The notes: generated by a model not told the origin, from the sequence alone. Positions 33,067 through 41,919 are shown, counted from the stretch's first letter. The stretch: 64,000 bases of DNA from Fermentimonas sp. (GCA_050945215.1 JBMNSN010000005.1:6440-70439); one strand, 5' to 3'. Made by a program: numbers and translations.

Positions 33067-33603
33067 TTAAAGGAACAGCTCGCACCATTCATCAAACACC
33101 TGAACTTGATGCCAATCGTGTTGACTTATACTCCTTCTTATAGACTTAATAGACTTCTCTCTACCAAGCTTCGACTTTGAGTAAAATTTATCAGCAAAGC
33201 ATATTATCTTTTCCTCAAGACTCTGTGGTTGCATGTCTCGATGCGGTATTGGTAGCTTGCGTTTTATTATGGATTCCAATGTCAAGCCTGTACCAGTATG
33301 TCTCTCGCACACCAGACCATGCTTTGGATACCCCTCAAGGCAAAGCAAATCGTGACCCAAATAGCCATGACATATATATGGATATTTACCCATGCACGCA
33401 ATACGTGGTGCATTAGTCTTAAAGATCCCAATATCATGAAGCATCCCTGCTTCCTCAATAAACTTAGTGTCTACTGCTAATCCCGGATTTCTGGAAACAA
33501 CCCATAAAGCTTTATTGGTAACATCAGTACAATGCGACATATATATATCGTATAACTTCGTGCCCTTTTTATAATATTTTTCTATAATAGCAATCGGATC
33601 CAT
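33067..33603 (-). CDS. HD-domain phosphohydrolase
   Basis: 178 aa with H...HD metal motifs (MLHDIG, CHGYLGH, CERHTGTG, FADKF). Confidence 0.72.
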   Translation of the reverse strand: MDPIAIIEKYYKKGTKLYDIYMSHCTDVTNKALWVVSRNPGLAVDTKFIEEAGMLHDIGIFKTNAPRIACMGKYPYICHGYLGHDLLCLEGYPKHGLVCERHTGTGLTLESIIKRKLPIPHRDMQPQSLEEKIICFADKFYSKSKLGREKSIKSIRRSISQHDWHQVQVFDEWCELFL

Positions 33604-33625
33604 ATACTAAGCTTTTTTACCGCAA

Positions 33626-33633
33626 CAAATTTA
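33626..33633 (-). promoter_or_regulatory. -7 box (TAAATTTG on minus strand) for the HD-domain gene
   Basis: Plus strand reads CAAATTTA, 23 nt upstream of ATG 33603. Confidence 0.4.
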
Positions 33634-33774
33634 ATAAAAACTTACTGACCTGAAAACAGTATTCCTCATTGCTTAAAAGCTAAATATATATTCAAACATG
33701 ACAATATTGAATTATTCGCATTTTCAACTCCATAGAAAAGCGACACAGTTCACTGCCAAGAAAGTAAAAAGAAC

Positions 33775-33782
33775 TATCTTTG
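33775..33782 (+). promoter_or_regulatory. -7 box TATCTTTG upstream of the His-rich ORF
   Basis: Exact match, but it ends only 7 nt before ATG 33790. This implies a near-leaderless mRNA if it is used. Confidence 0.4.
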
Positions 33783-33789
33783 TCAGCTT

Positions 33790-34140
33790 ATGAGATGTAA
33801 GTGTAACAACATATTCAAATGGTTCTACCCTCTACTACTAATATTTTATATTGGTAGCATCTCTTTTTTCCCTCATACTCACGTTGTTGATAACAAAATA
33901 ATTGTTCACTCACACCCTTATAAGAAGAACAATAATACAACTCACAACCACACCCAAAAAGAGTATAAATTATTAGATCAGATACATAATACTTTATTAA
34001 CTGATGATATTATTCCTAACATAGATTGCGAAAAATTACTTAACGTACATCTAATTTCTTTTCCACAAATCTATGTTCAGAGACATATCATAAACAGTAA
34101 TACACCTCTAAGCCTTAGAGCACCACCATTTTCCTTTTAA
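33790..34140 (+). CDS. Hypothetical small His-rich membrane-anchored protein
   Basis: 116 aa with one N-terminal TM helix (FKWFYPLLLIFYIGSISFF). This is followed by PHTHVVDNKIIVHSHPY and THNHT, giving 8 His in residues 29-56. It is co-directional with the downstream TonB-dependent receptor. I do not recognise a family. Confidence 0.5.
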   Translation: MRCKCNNIFKWFYPLLLIFYIGSISFFPHTHVVDNKIIVHSHPYKKNNNTTHNHTQKEYKLLDQIHNTLLTDDIIPNIDCEKLLNVHLISFPQIYVQRHIINSNTPLSLRAPPFSF

Positions 34141-34276
34141 ACATCTATTTATCAGGGCATAAAGCAATTCTTTTTACCTAACAATTTAGGTATAATCAAT
34201 TATTGCCAAACAATCAAGATTGTGTTCATTATATGAAACACAAGCTGAACATGTTTTACTATTATAAAAAAGGAAA

Positions 34277-36712
34277 ATGAATAAAATAATATCTATAATT
34301 ATAGCAATTTCTTTTGCTATATCTTCATATGCACAATATGAACATAAACAGGCATCAATAACAGATGCGCACATCTTTGGTCATATTATCGAGAAAGCCA
34401 CTCAAGAACATTTACCATACGCAACTATAAAGCTAAAAGGAACAACAATAGGTATAACAAGCGACATAACCGGACACTATTTCCTAAGAAATCTACCCTT
34501 AGGTAATTACACTCTCGAAGTCTCAATGGTTGGCTTTAAAACTATAACCAAAGAAGTCTTGATAGAGCAAAACAAAACATTAGAAATAAACTTCGAGCTT
34601 GAAGATGAAAACATATCATTGGATGCCGTAGTAGTAACTGCCAACAGAAACGAAACAACAAGACGAATGGCACCATCGCTGGTGAGCGTAGTAGATATGC
34701 AAACATTGAACCTAACTAACTCAACAACTCTTGCCGATGGATTGAAATTCAGTCCCGGTCTGCGCGTTGAGAACAACTGTCAAAACTGTGGTTCTACCCA
34801 AGTAAGAATAAACGGAATGGAAGGCACATATTCTCAGATAATGATCGACTCCAGACCCATCATTGGAGCCTTAGCAGGTGTCTACGGATTGGAACATATA
34901 CCTGCAAATATGATTGAACGAATAGAAGTTATAAGGGGTGGTGGCTCAGCACTATATGGAGCAAAAGCTATAGGTGGAATAATTAATGTAATAACAAAAG
35001 ACCCTATAAGAAACTCTGGTGAGATTTCTCACACAATGTCCTCAATAAATGTATCAGGTAGTTTGGAGAACAACACAATGTTTAACTCATCATTGGTCAA
35101 CGACACGCGTAGTGCGGGAATAATGATATATGGACAACATAAAATAAGAGATGGCTTCGACTATGATGGCGACGGATTCACAGAATTACCAAAATTAAAG
35201 AATCGTGCGTTTGGATTCCATTCTTTCTTAAGAACAGGCCTATACTCCCGGTTAACACTAGAGTATAATAACGTTCATGAGTTTCGCAGAGGGGGCGATA
35301 GACTGAACAAACAACCCTTCGAAGCATACATAACAGAGATGGCAGAAAACTATATAAATAATGGTTCAATAAACTATGTTTGGCGATCTCATGATCAAAA
35401 AAACAAAATAAACCTATACTCTGCCGTAAGCCACGTTTATAGGGACAGCTATTATGGCGCAGGTGAACCACTCGTTATAGATTTGCCTCCAATATCTTCT
35501 GAACCTACACAATACCAGATAGATCAAACTAATGCAGATATTCAAAACAACAATACGCGTCTCCATTCTTTTGGTAACAACACCGAGCTGACATACCAGA
35601 TTGGAGGTAATTATATGCGTTCTATCGATAAAGTTATTTTTATGCCTGCCAACTTTACCATTGGTGCTGAATATTCAGGAGGAAAGCTTGAAGATGAGAG
35701 TATATATAGAAGAGATGATCCACTTTCCCAAAAAACAAGAATATTAAGTGGTTTCCTACAGAACGAATGGAAGAATAATGCATTAAGTATTATCTTAGGA
35801 GGCAGACTTGACAAACACAATCTAATTGACAATGCAATATTCAGTCCGCGAATAAATCTACGGTATAACCCGACAAAAAACGTTAATCTAAGGTTAACAT
35901 ACAGCGAAGGCTTCAGGGCGCCTGAAATATTTGACGAAGATTTACACGTAGATCTTGCCGGAGGCGAACAGTTTATCAGAGAGTTCGACAAAGATCTTAA
36001 GGAGGAACGCTCTCACAGCCTTAGTGGGTCAATTGATTTATATCACTATTTTGGAAAAACCAATATTGCCAATCTGTTGATAGAGGGTTTCTATACTAAG
36101 CTCGATCGCCCTTTCACAAATACTCGAATCGGAAATATAATAAAAGTTCATAATGCAGAATCCGGTGCAAGCGTATATGGCATCAATATAGAGGCACGTA
36201 CTCTTCTCCTAACCAACATAGACATACAAGTAGGCACCACCATTCAAAGTAGTATTTACGAAAAAGAGAAAAAATGGTGGGAACCTGAAACACCTGAAGA
36301 GGAGAAGCTAGATAAAGTGGAACCCACAAGAAGAATGATGAGAACTCCAAACGTATATGGATACTTTGTAACATCCTATAAGCCTACAATAAACATTCTA
36401 ATCTCTCTTTCAGGTAATTACACAGGTAGCATGCTGATTCCTCATGATGCAGGCACAGGAACTGAAGGAGTTGACAGATTCTCTAAAGTAAATATAACAG
36501 AAAAATCACCAACATTCTTTGAGTTAAACACCAAAGTTGCTTACACTTTCAACGTACATAAAGATGTTCAACTCGAAATAAATGCCGGTATACAAAACAT
36601 ATTCAACTCTTATCAAAGCGATTTTGACACCGGTGCCGGTCGTTCAAGTACTTATATATATGGGCCGGGAATGCCACGCACAATATTTGCCGGCAGTAAA
36701 ATAATTCTCTAA
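34277..36712 (+). CDS. TonB-dependent outer-membrane receptor with CarboxypepD_reg-like N-terminal domain
   Basis: 811 aa. Signal peptide ends ...SSYAQ. The Ig-like domain reads GHIIEKATQEHLPYATIKLKGTTIGITSDITGHYFLRNLPLGNYTLEV. The plug reads VRINGMEGTYSQIMIDSRPI and IERIEVIRGGGSALYG. A long beta-barrel follows. Confidence 0.9.
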   Translation: MNKIISIIIAISFAISSYAQYEHKQASITDAHIFGHIIEKATQEHLPYATIKLKGTTIGITSDITGHYFLRNLPLGNYTLEVSMVGFKTITKEVLIEQNKTLEINFELEDENISLDAVVVTANRNETTRRMAPSLVSVVDMQTLNLTNSTTLADGLKFSPGLRVENNCQNCGSTQVRINGMEGTYSQIMIDSRPIIGALAGVYGLEHIPANMIERIEVIRGGGSALYGAKAIGGIINVITKDPIRNSGEISHTMSSINVSGSLENNTMFNSSLVNDTRSAGIMIYGQHKIRDGFDYDGDGFTELPKLKNRAFGFHSFLRTGLYSRLTLEYNNVHEFRRGGDRLNKQPFEAYITEMAENYINNGSINYVWRSHDQKNKINLYSAVSHVYRDSYYGAGEPLVIDLPPISSEPTQYQIDQTNADIQNNNTRLHSFGNNTELTYQIGGNYMRSIDKVIFMPANFTIGAEYSGGKLEDESIYRRDDPLSQKTRILSGFLQNEWKNNALSIILGGRLDKHNLIDNAIFSPRINLRYNPTKNVNLRLTYSEGFRAPEIFDEDLHVDLAGGEQFIREFDKDLKEERSHSLSGSIDLYHYFGKTNIANLLIEGFYTKLDRPFTNTRIGNIIKVHNAESGASVYGINIEARTLLLTNIDIQVGTTIQSSIYEKEKKWWEPETPEEEKLDKVEPTRRMMRTPNVYGYFVTSYKPTINILISLSGNYTGSMLIPHDAGTGTEGVDRFSKVNITEKSPTFFELNTKVAYTFNVHKDVQLEINAGIQNIFNSYQSDFDTGAGRSSTYIYGPGMPRTIFAGSKIIL

Positions 36713-36738
36713 AAATAAGAGTAATAAATATACTATTT

Positions 36739-36780
36739 AAACCCAAGTCAGGTCAAATGTCCTGACTTGGGTTTTGTTTT
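36739..36780. terminator. Bidirectional intrinsic terminator between the TonB receptor gene and the DUF4251-like gene
   Basis: aacccaagtcagg (36740-36752) pairs with cctgacttgggtt (36761-36773) around an 8-nt loop. AAA lies upstream and TTTTGTTTT downstream. Confidence 0.8.
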
Positions 36781-37295
36781 TATTCTTCGTCATCAATAAC
36801 CAAGTTACCTCTAAAAGAAATAGGTTGCCTGTCAGTATCAATTACATTGAGATGTGTCGAGCCATTTTCATAAACATCAAAGTTAAAAGAGATAGCTCTC
36901 CCTTGATCATTAAAGTGCAGTATGGCTCTCCAATTACCTTTTTTATCGGTCTGCTCAACTTCATACTCAAAGTCGGTACTGATGAATCTGTAACCACCAT
37001 CCATCGGGTCCATTGGAGCCTTATAAGCTCTCCCATAGTATGGTAGATACACCTTGACGCTGTCCGACTTAACCTCAACATCGTAATATGGCGATAAATA
37101 CATCGATTTAAAACCTGTAGGGTACACATAAGTAGCCTCAAACCTAAAGTCAGAGTTCAATAAACCCTCTCTAATCTCACTCGCAACAGCCTCTTTATCG
37201 GCCGAAGTTTTGCTACTCCCACATCCATACATAAGCATGACACTCAAGACTAAGGCAGAAATAAAAGTAATTCCACGGCTATTCATAACTATCAC
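36780..37295 (-). CDS. DUF4251-like lipoprotein
   Basis: 171 aa with signal peptide and lipobox (LMYGCGSS). The internal pattern VKVYLPYYGRAY ... NRQPISF-like (DTDRQPISFRGNLV) matches my recollection of the Bacteroidota DUF4251 family. Confidence 0.65.
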   Translation of the reverse strand: MIVMNSRGITFISALVLSVMLMYGCGSSKTSADKEAVASEIREGLLNSDFRFEATYVYPTGFKSMYLSPYYDVEVKSDSVKVYLPYYGRAYKAPMDPMDGGYRFISTDFEYEVEQTDKKGNWRAILHFNDQGRAISFNFDVYENGSTHLNVIDTDRQPISFRGNLVIDDEE

Positions 37296-37321
37296 ATATT
37301 ATTTATACAACAATCAGCACA

Positions 37322-37329
37322 CAAATCTA
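37322..37329 (-). promoter_or_regulatory. -7 box (TAGATTTG on minus strand) for the DUF4251-like gene
   Basis: Plus strand reads CAAATCTA, 27 nt upstream of ATG 37295. Confidence 0.4.
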
Positions 37330-37385
37330 CATTGTCATAGACTCATGCGACTACAAGTATTTAACATGATAATAACAATAAATGT

Positions 37386-38405
37386 TTATAAAGAGGAAGC
37401 CATCCCCACCACAAACCAGCTGCAGTAATAAACAAGAAAAATTGCAAAAATAATATATGCCGATATCACTCCAACCTTTGTGACGTTGCGAGTATATGAG
37501 TAAGCATTAAGAAAAGAGATAAACACGAGAGCTAGTGTAATAAAAAAGCCCGTTGAATGCCAATAAACAACCTGAAGTATCAAGGTCGAAATGGTAAGCA
37601 CTTGAAAGAACTGCAACAACGACAGTGTCAACACCTTATCTCTACTATATGTGCGCACACCCATAATCATGGAATAGACGAAAAATATTAGTAACATGGC
37701 AACTGTAACCCAATCTGCCACACCAAACTTTGGCATCTCATATATAGATATATCTGTATAAAACAAAAAAGGTGCAACGAAACCACTCAAGTTATCAAAA
37801 ACAAGATATACCGATAGTGTAGATACATAGATAAGAACAACACCAAAGAGTGAAGCCAAAAAAGACTTAAACTGCGGTCCCCGCATCGAAAACTCTCCAA
37901 CCCACCACAATGGCAACAATATCAGTGCCTCAACGCTGAAAAGTGAAGCTATACCCAACAGAGTAGCAGACCTAAATGAGTAGATATATGGTTCCACCTT
38001 TTGGTATGAGTCAAGCAATGGATAAACAGCCAACAATATGAAAATAACAGCGATATATCGTTCACTCATTATCAAAAAATGAGGATTGATACTCAACAAA
38101 AACAATGGAACAACAAAAGGCAAACTTGTGCGCGACCGTGTGATATTATACCTCTCGTTTAGGTGATGCAAAAGCCACGCAATTACTATTACAGAGATTG
38201 TGGAAAATATGAACGAAACAAAATCATTGTCAAACAAATAATCAATATATCCGTAAACATGACTATGACTTTCTACTAATCTCTCCGATATTATTACATG
38301 ATTAAACAATGCGTAGCGCATGGCAACAACAACGAAGAATGCAATCAACGAAAAGAAGCGACCTTCGACTATATTGCTCCTAAAAAACCTTGCTACGCCC
38401 TGCAT
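37386..38405 (-). CDS. Polytopic integral membrane protein, function unknown
   Basis: 339 aa with roughly 9-10 hydrophobic helices and no recognisable catalytic motif. It starts 18 nt after the purD stop, which suggests co-transcription. Confidence 0.6.
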   Translation of the reverse strand: MQGVARFFRSNIVEGRFFSLIAFFVVVAMRYALFNHVIISERLVESHSHVYGYIDYLFDNDFVSFIFSTISVIVIAWLLHHLNERYNITRSRTSLPFVVPLFLLSINPHFLIMSERYIAVIFILLAVYPLLDSYQKVEPYIYSFRSATLLGIASLFSVEALILLPLWWVGEFSMRGPQFKSFLASLFGVVLIYVSTLSVYLVFDNLSGFVAPFLFYTDISIYEMPKFGVADWVTVAMLLIFFVYSMIMGVRTYSRDKVLTLSLLQFFQVLTISTLILQVVYWHSTGFFITLALVFISFLNAYSYTRNVTKVGVISAYIIFAIFLVYYCSWFVVGMASSL

Positions 38406-38423
38406 CTTGAAACTATTTTTCCA

Positions 38424-39695
38424 CTACTTAAGATCAAAACCTATATCATGTCTGAAGTAGCTTTTCTCAAATTTGATGCTGTCGATGGATTTATATGAAG
38501 TATCTAAAGCCTCCTGCATATCTTTTCCAAAAGAAGTAACCGAAAGCACACGACCTCCCGATGTTACAATCTTTTCATCTTTAATGGCCGTACCGGCATG
38601 GAACACAACACTATCCTTTACTTCATCCAATCCCTCGATAACTTTCCCTTTTTCGTAATCTTCTGGATATCCACCCGACACCATCATCACTGTAACGGCA
38701 TGACGAGAATCTATCTCAAGAACCTTGCTGACAAGAGTTTCTGTTGACACCCCCGAAAACAGATCGAGCAAATCACTCTTAACGAGTGGCAACACCACCT
38801 CCGACTCAGGATCTCCCATCCTTACATTATATTCGATAACCTTAGGATCGCCACCTACGTTTATCAATCCCAAAAAGATAAATCCTTTATAATCTATCTT
38901 CTCCAACTTTAGACCGTTTATTGTAGGTTCCACAATACGAGTTCTTACCTTCTCCATAAACTGGTCATCAACAAATGGCACCGGCGACACAGCTCCCATA
39001 CCTCCCGTATTCAAACCCTTGTCACCCTCTCCTATTCGCTTATAATCCTTGGCAACCGGCAATATCTTATACGAAATGCCATCGGTCAAAACAAACACCG
39101 AGCACTCTATTCCAGACATGAATTCCTCTATAACAACCTTGCTACTGGCAGCTCCAAACTTACCATTTAGCATTTCTTCAAGCATCTGCTTGGCTTGGTT
39201 TATATCATCAATTATCAACACACCCTTACCTGCAGCCAAACCATCAGCCTTAAGCACGTAGGGAGGTTCCAACGAGTCGATAAAATCGTTTCCTTCCGAA
39301 ATATTGTCAGGCTTTATAGTCTTGAACTTTGCCGTAGGTATGCCGTGACGCATCATAAACTCTTTGGCAAAATCCTTGCTACCTTCAAGCATTGCTCCAT
39401 CTTTTGATGGACCAATAACCGAAATATGGCAAGCATCTTCATCATCTCTAAAGAAGTCATAAACACCATTCACCAAAGGGTCCTCAGGGCCCACAACAAT
39501 CATGTCAATATCGTTGTCAAGACAAAAAGTTTTAATGGCATTAAAGTCTTTAACACTTATATCCACATTGGTGCCCAACATAGCCGTACCGGCATTGCCC
39601 GGAGCAATATATAGTTTGTTTAAATTAGCACTCTGGCTTATCTTCCATGCAAAAGCATGTTCTCGACCTCCCGATCCAAGAATTAAAACATTCAT
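38424..39695 (-). CDS. purD: Phosphoribosylamine-glycine ligase
   Basis: N-terminus [18 protein letters not shown] is the PurD signature. 423 aa with an ATP-grasp core. Confidence 0.96.
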   Translation of the reverse strand: MNVLILGSGGREHAFAWKISQSANLNKLYIAPGNAGTAMLGTNVDISVKDFNAIKTFCLDNDIDMIVVGPEDPLVNGVYDFFRDDEDACHISVIGPSKDGAMLEGSKDFAKEFMMRHGIPTAKFKTIKPDNISEGNDFIDSLEPPYVLKADGLAAGKGVLIIDDINQAKQMLEEMLNGKFGAASSKVVIEEFMSGIECSVFVLTDGISYKILPVAKDYKRIGEGDKGLNTGGMGAVSPVPFVDDQFMEKVRTRIVEPTINGLKLEKIDYKGFIFLGLINVGGDPKVIEYNVRMGDPESEVVLPLVKSDLLDLFSGVSTETLVSKVLEIDSRHAVTVMMVSGGYPEDYEKGKVIEGLDEVKDSVVFHAGTAIKDEKIVTSGGRVLSVTSFGKDMQEALDTSYKSIDSIKFEKSYFRHDIGFDLK

Positions 39696-39726
39696 AAAAT
39701 TGATGATTCTGTTTAGTAAATTGATA

Positions 39727-39734
39727 CAAAACTA
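39727..39734 (-). promoter_or_regulatory. -7 box (TAGTTTTG on minus strand) for purD
   Basis: Plus strand reads CAAAACTA, 32 nt upstream of ATG 39695. Confidence 0.4.
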
Positions 39735-39851
39735 ATAAAAATAAGAATAACATATAAATTAACCTCAATTTCAATTCAACTATCATATAAAATCAATCTC
39801 ATATTAACTGTAAAATAATGCACATAAAAACCATATCAACAATCACACTCC

Positions 39852-39889
39852 TCCGCATCATATATACGAAAACGTATATATGATGCGGA
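39852..39889. repeat. Perfect 17-bp inverted repeat with a 4-nt loop in the purD/fabK intergenic region
   Basis: tccgcatcatatatacg (39852-39868), loop aaaa, then cgtatatatgatgcgga (39873-39889). There is no adjacent U-run on either strand. Confidence 0.9.
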
Positions 39890-40119
39890 TCTGTTACGGA
39901 CATGTCAAGAACAAAACATGACAATTGAATACCAAAATCGGATATATGGCAAAATCTCATATAAGCATAAAAAGGAATAATTTTTATTGCCAACAACGCT
40001 TATTTTTACTATCTTTAATTTAAGAAATTGATGTTGTTTCGACAATCGGCCCAACTAATTATGAGTTTGGCTGATAAAACATAAATGCCAAAAGTATTTG
40101 CATTATAAATTTATCAATA

Positions 40120-41064
40120 ATGAATAGGATTTGCGATTTGTTTAACATTGAATATCCAATCATTCAGGCGGGCATGGTTTGGTGCAGCGGTTGGAGGTTA
40201 GCTTCAGCGGTGAGCAATGCCGGAGGTTTGGGAGTAATTGGTGCAGGGTCAATGTATCCCGACGTTTTGCGCGAGCATATCACCAAATGCAAGAATGCCA
40301 CAGACAAGCCATACGGGGTTAATATTCCTCTGATGTATCCCGAAATTGATGAAATAATAGGAATTGTCATTGAAGAAAGAGTGCCGGTTGTTTTCACTTC
40401 GGCAGGTAATCCTAAGACATGGACAAAGAAGCTGAAGGACGAAGGTATAAAAGTGGTGCATGTTGTGTCAAGTAGCAAGTTTGCATTGAAAGCAGTAGAG
40501 GCAGGTGTTGATGCTATTGTAGCAGAGGGTTTTGAGGCAGGGGGTCACAACGGAAGAGAAGAGACTACTACCTTGACACTCATTCCACAGGTTAGAAAAA
40601 TAGTGGATATACCATTGATTGCTGCAGGAGGCATTGCATCGGGCGACGCCATGGCTGCAGTGTTTGCATTGGGTGCTGAGGGAGTTCAGGTGGGTACTCG
40701 ATTTGCGCTAACTGAGGAAAGCTCGGCAAGTGATGCCTTTAAACAGAAGTGTATCTCTATTAAAGAGGGCGACACTGTTTTGTCACTTAAAAAGATTACA
40801 CCCGTAAGGCTTATCAAAAACAGCTTCCAGCAACAGGTGCAAGAGATGGAGGACAGAGGTGCAACACAGGAAGAACTAAGGGAACTGCTTGGAAGAGGAC
40901 GAGCAAAGAAGGGTATTTTTGAAGGTGACCTCGATGAGGGCGAATTGGAAATTGGTCAGATTGCATCACACGTGGAGGAGATTGTAACAGCCAAAAAGGT
41001 TGTTGAAGAGATGATTGCAGAATATAATGAAACCATAAGCAGATTGTCGGAGCTGACTCTGTAA
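40120..41064 (+). CDS. fabK: FMN-dependent enoyl-ACP reductase II / nitronate monooxygenase family (FabK-like)
   Basis: 314 aa. YPIIQAGMVW...AVSNAGGLGVIGAG and AEGFEAGGH...IAAGGIASG...GAEGVQVGTRF align along the whole length with my recollection of S. pneumoniae FabK. Confidence 0.78.
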   Translation: MNRICDLFNIEYPIIQAGMVWCSGWRLASAVSNAGGLGVIGAGSMYPDVLREHITKCKNATDKPYGVNIPLMYPEIDEIIGIVIEERVPVVFTSAGNPKTWTKKLKDEGIKVVHVVSSSKFALKAVEAGVDAIVAEGFEAGGHNGREETTTLTLIPQVRKIVDIPLIAAGGIASGDAMAAVFALGAEGVQVGTRFALTEESSASDAFKQKCISIKEGDTVLSLKKITPVRLIKNSFQQQVQEMEDRGATQEELRELLGRGRAKKGIFEGDLDEGELEIGQIASHVEEIVTAKKVVEEMIAEYNETISRLSELTL

Positions 41065-41078
41065 TGGCAAATTCTTAT

Positions 41079-41086
41079 TATCTTTG
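41079..41086 (+). promoter_or_regulatory. -7 box TATCTTTG upstream of the MBL-hydrolase/glycosyltransferase string
   Basis: Exact match in the 24-nt fabK-MBL spacer. It ends 8 nt before ATG 41095. Confidence 0.4.
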
Positions 41087-41094
41087 CAGTGATT

Positions 41095-41919
41095 ATGCAG
41101 TATAAATTATTTCCATCAGAGAAGTTTTCATTTTTCAGTTTGAGTAGTGGCAGTTGTGGCAATTGCTACTACCTGGGTAACAGCTATTATGGTATTCTGA
41201 TTGATGTGGGTCTGGGTCCAAGAGTGATAAAAAAGCGTCTCTTGGAACATGGAGTAGAGCTAAGCTCCATCATGGGCATACTAATCACTCACGACCACAT
41301 GGACCATATTCGTTCGGTGGGCTATATGGGTGAAAAGTTTAACATTCCTGTGTATGCAACCCAAGAAGTGCATAAAGCAATAGCTGCCAATAAGTTGATT
41401 AAGAACAAGCTCCGAGCTTCGAGGAGATATATCGAAAAAGGGAGAACCTTTACTATTAATGATTTTAGTATAACTCCTTTCGATGTTCCACACGACAGCT
41501 GCGACAACTCGGGATATTATTTTGAGTTTGGAGGACAGCGACTAACTTTAGCCACCGACATAGGTCGTATTACGGAAGAAATTGCTCACTACATAAGCAA
41601 AGCCAACCACCTAATAATTGAGAGCAATTATGATGAGAACATGCTGAAGAATGGAAGATACCCATGGCATCTTAAGGAGAGAATAACATCAGGCAGAGGA
41701 CATATAAGTAACCGACAGTTGTCGGAGTTTATTGCTAACAATTTCACTCCAAACATTAGAAATATATGGCTATGCCATTTGAGTGGAGATAACAACAATC
41801 CGGAGTTGGCTTATGAAACTATGTTCAAGTCACTCTCGGGCAAAGGTATTGAAGTGGGCAAAGATGTGGCGTTGCGTGTACTTAAGAGGAATGTTTTATC
41901 GGAAAGAATTGTGTTATGA
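41095..41919 (+). CDS. MBL-fold metallo-hydrolase (YycJ/PhnP-like)
   Basis: SSGSCGNCYYL followed by the HxHxDH motif (ITHDHMDH), with downstream His/Asp ligands. The track start GTG 41089 is an alternative. Confidence 0.8.
   Translation: MQYKLFPSEKFSFFSLSSGSCGNCYYLGNSYYGILIDVGLGPRVIKKRLLEHGVELSSIMGILITHDHMDHIRSVGYMGEKFNIPVYATQEVHKAIAANKLIKNKLRASRRYIEKGRTFTINDFSITPFDVPHDSCDNSGYYFEFGGQRLTLATDIGRITEEIAHYISKANHLIIESNYDENMLKNGRYPWHLKERITSGRGHISNRQLSEFIANNFTPNIRNIWLCHLSGDNNNPELAYETMFKSLSGKGIEVGKDVALRVLKRNVLSERIVL

Noticed and set aside
33005-33067. Looked for a CIRCE element (TTAGCACTC-N9-GAGTGCTAA) or a TAnnTTTG box upstream of grpE-dnaJ
   Set aside because: Neither is present in the 61-nt spacer. 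The heat-shock operon promoter cannot be called from sequence alone.
34192-34203. ATAATCAATTAT inverted repeat (5-2-5) about 75 nt upstream of the TonB receptor gene, reminiscent of Fur/Zur half-sites
   Set aside because: It is too short and too AT-rich to distinguish from background in this genome. It is a poor match to the 19-bp Fur consensus when aligned. It is kept only as a note for anyone testing metal regulation of the locus.
35611-35991. Antisense ORFs of 120-126 aa inside the TonB receptor gene. Similar ones lie at 43212-43568, 52082-52450, 58554-58919 and 511-882.
   Set aside because: All lie wholly within strongly supported genes on the opposite strand and show no recognisable motifs. 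They are standard shadow ORFs.
39799-39996. A 65-aa minus-strand ORF in the purD/fabK intergenic gap
   Set aside because: It reads straight through the 38-nt palindrome. It has no signal peptide or TM logic and no nearby start-proximal promoter box. The region is better treated as non-coding (see the finding on 39696-40119).
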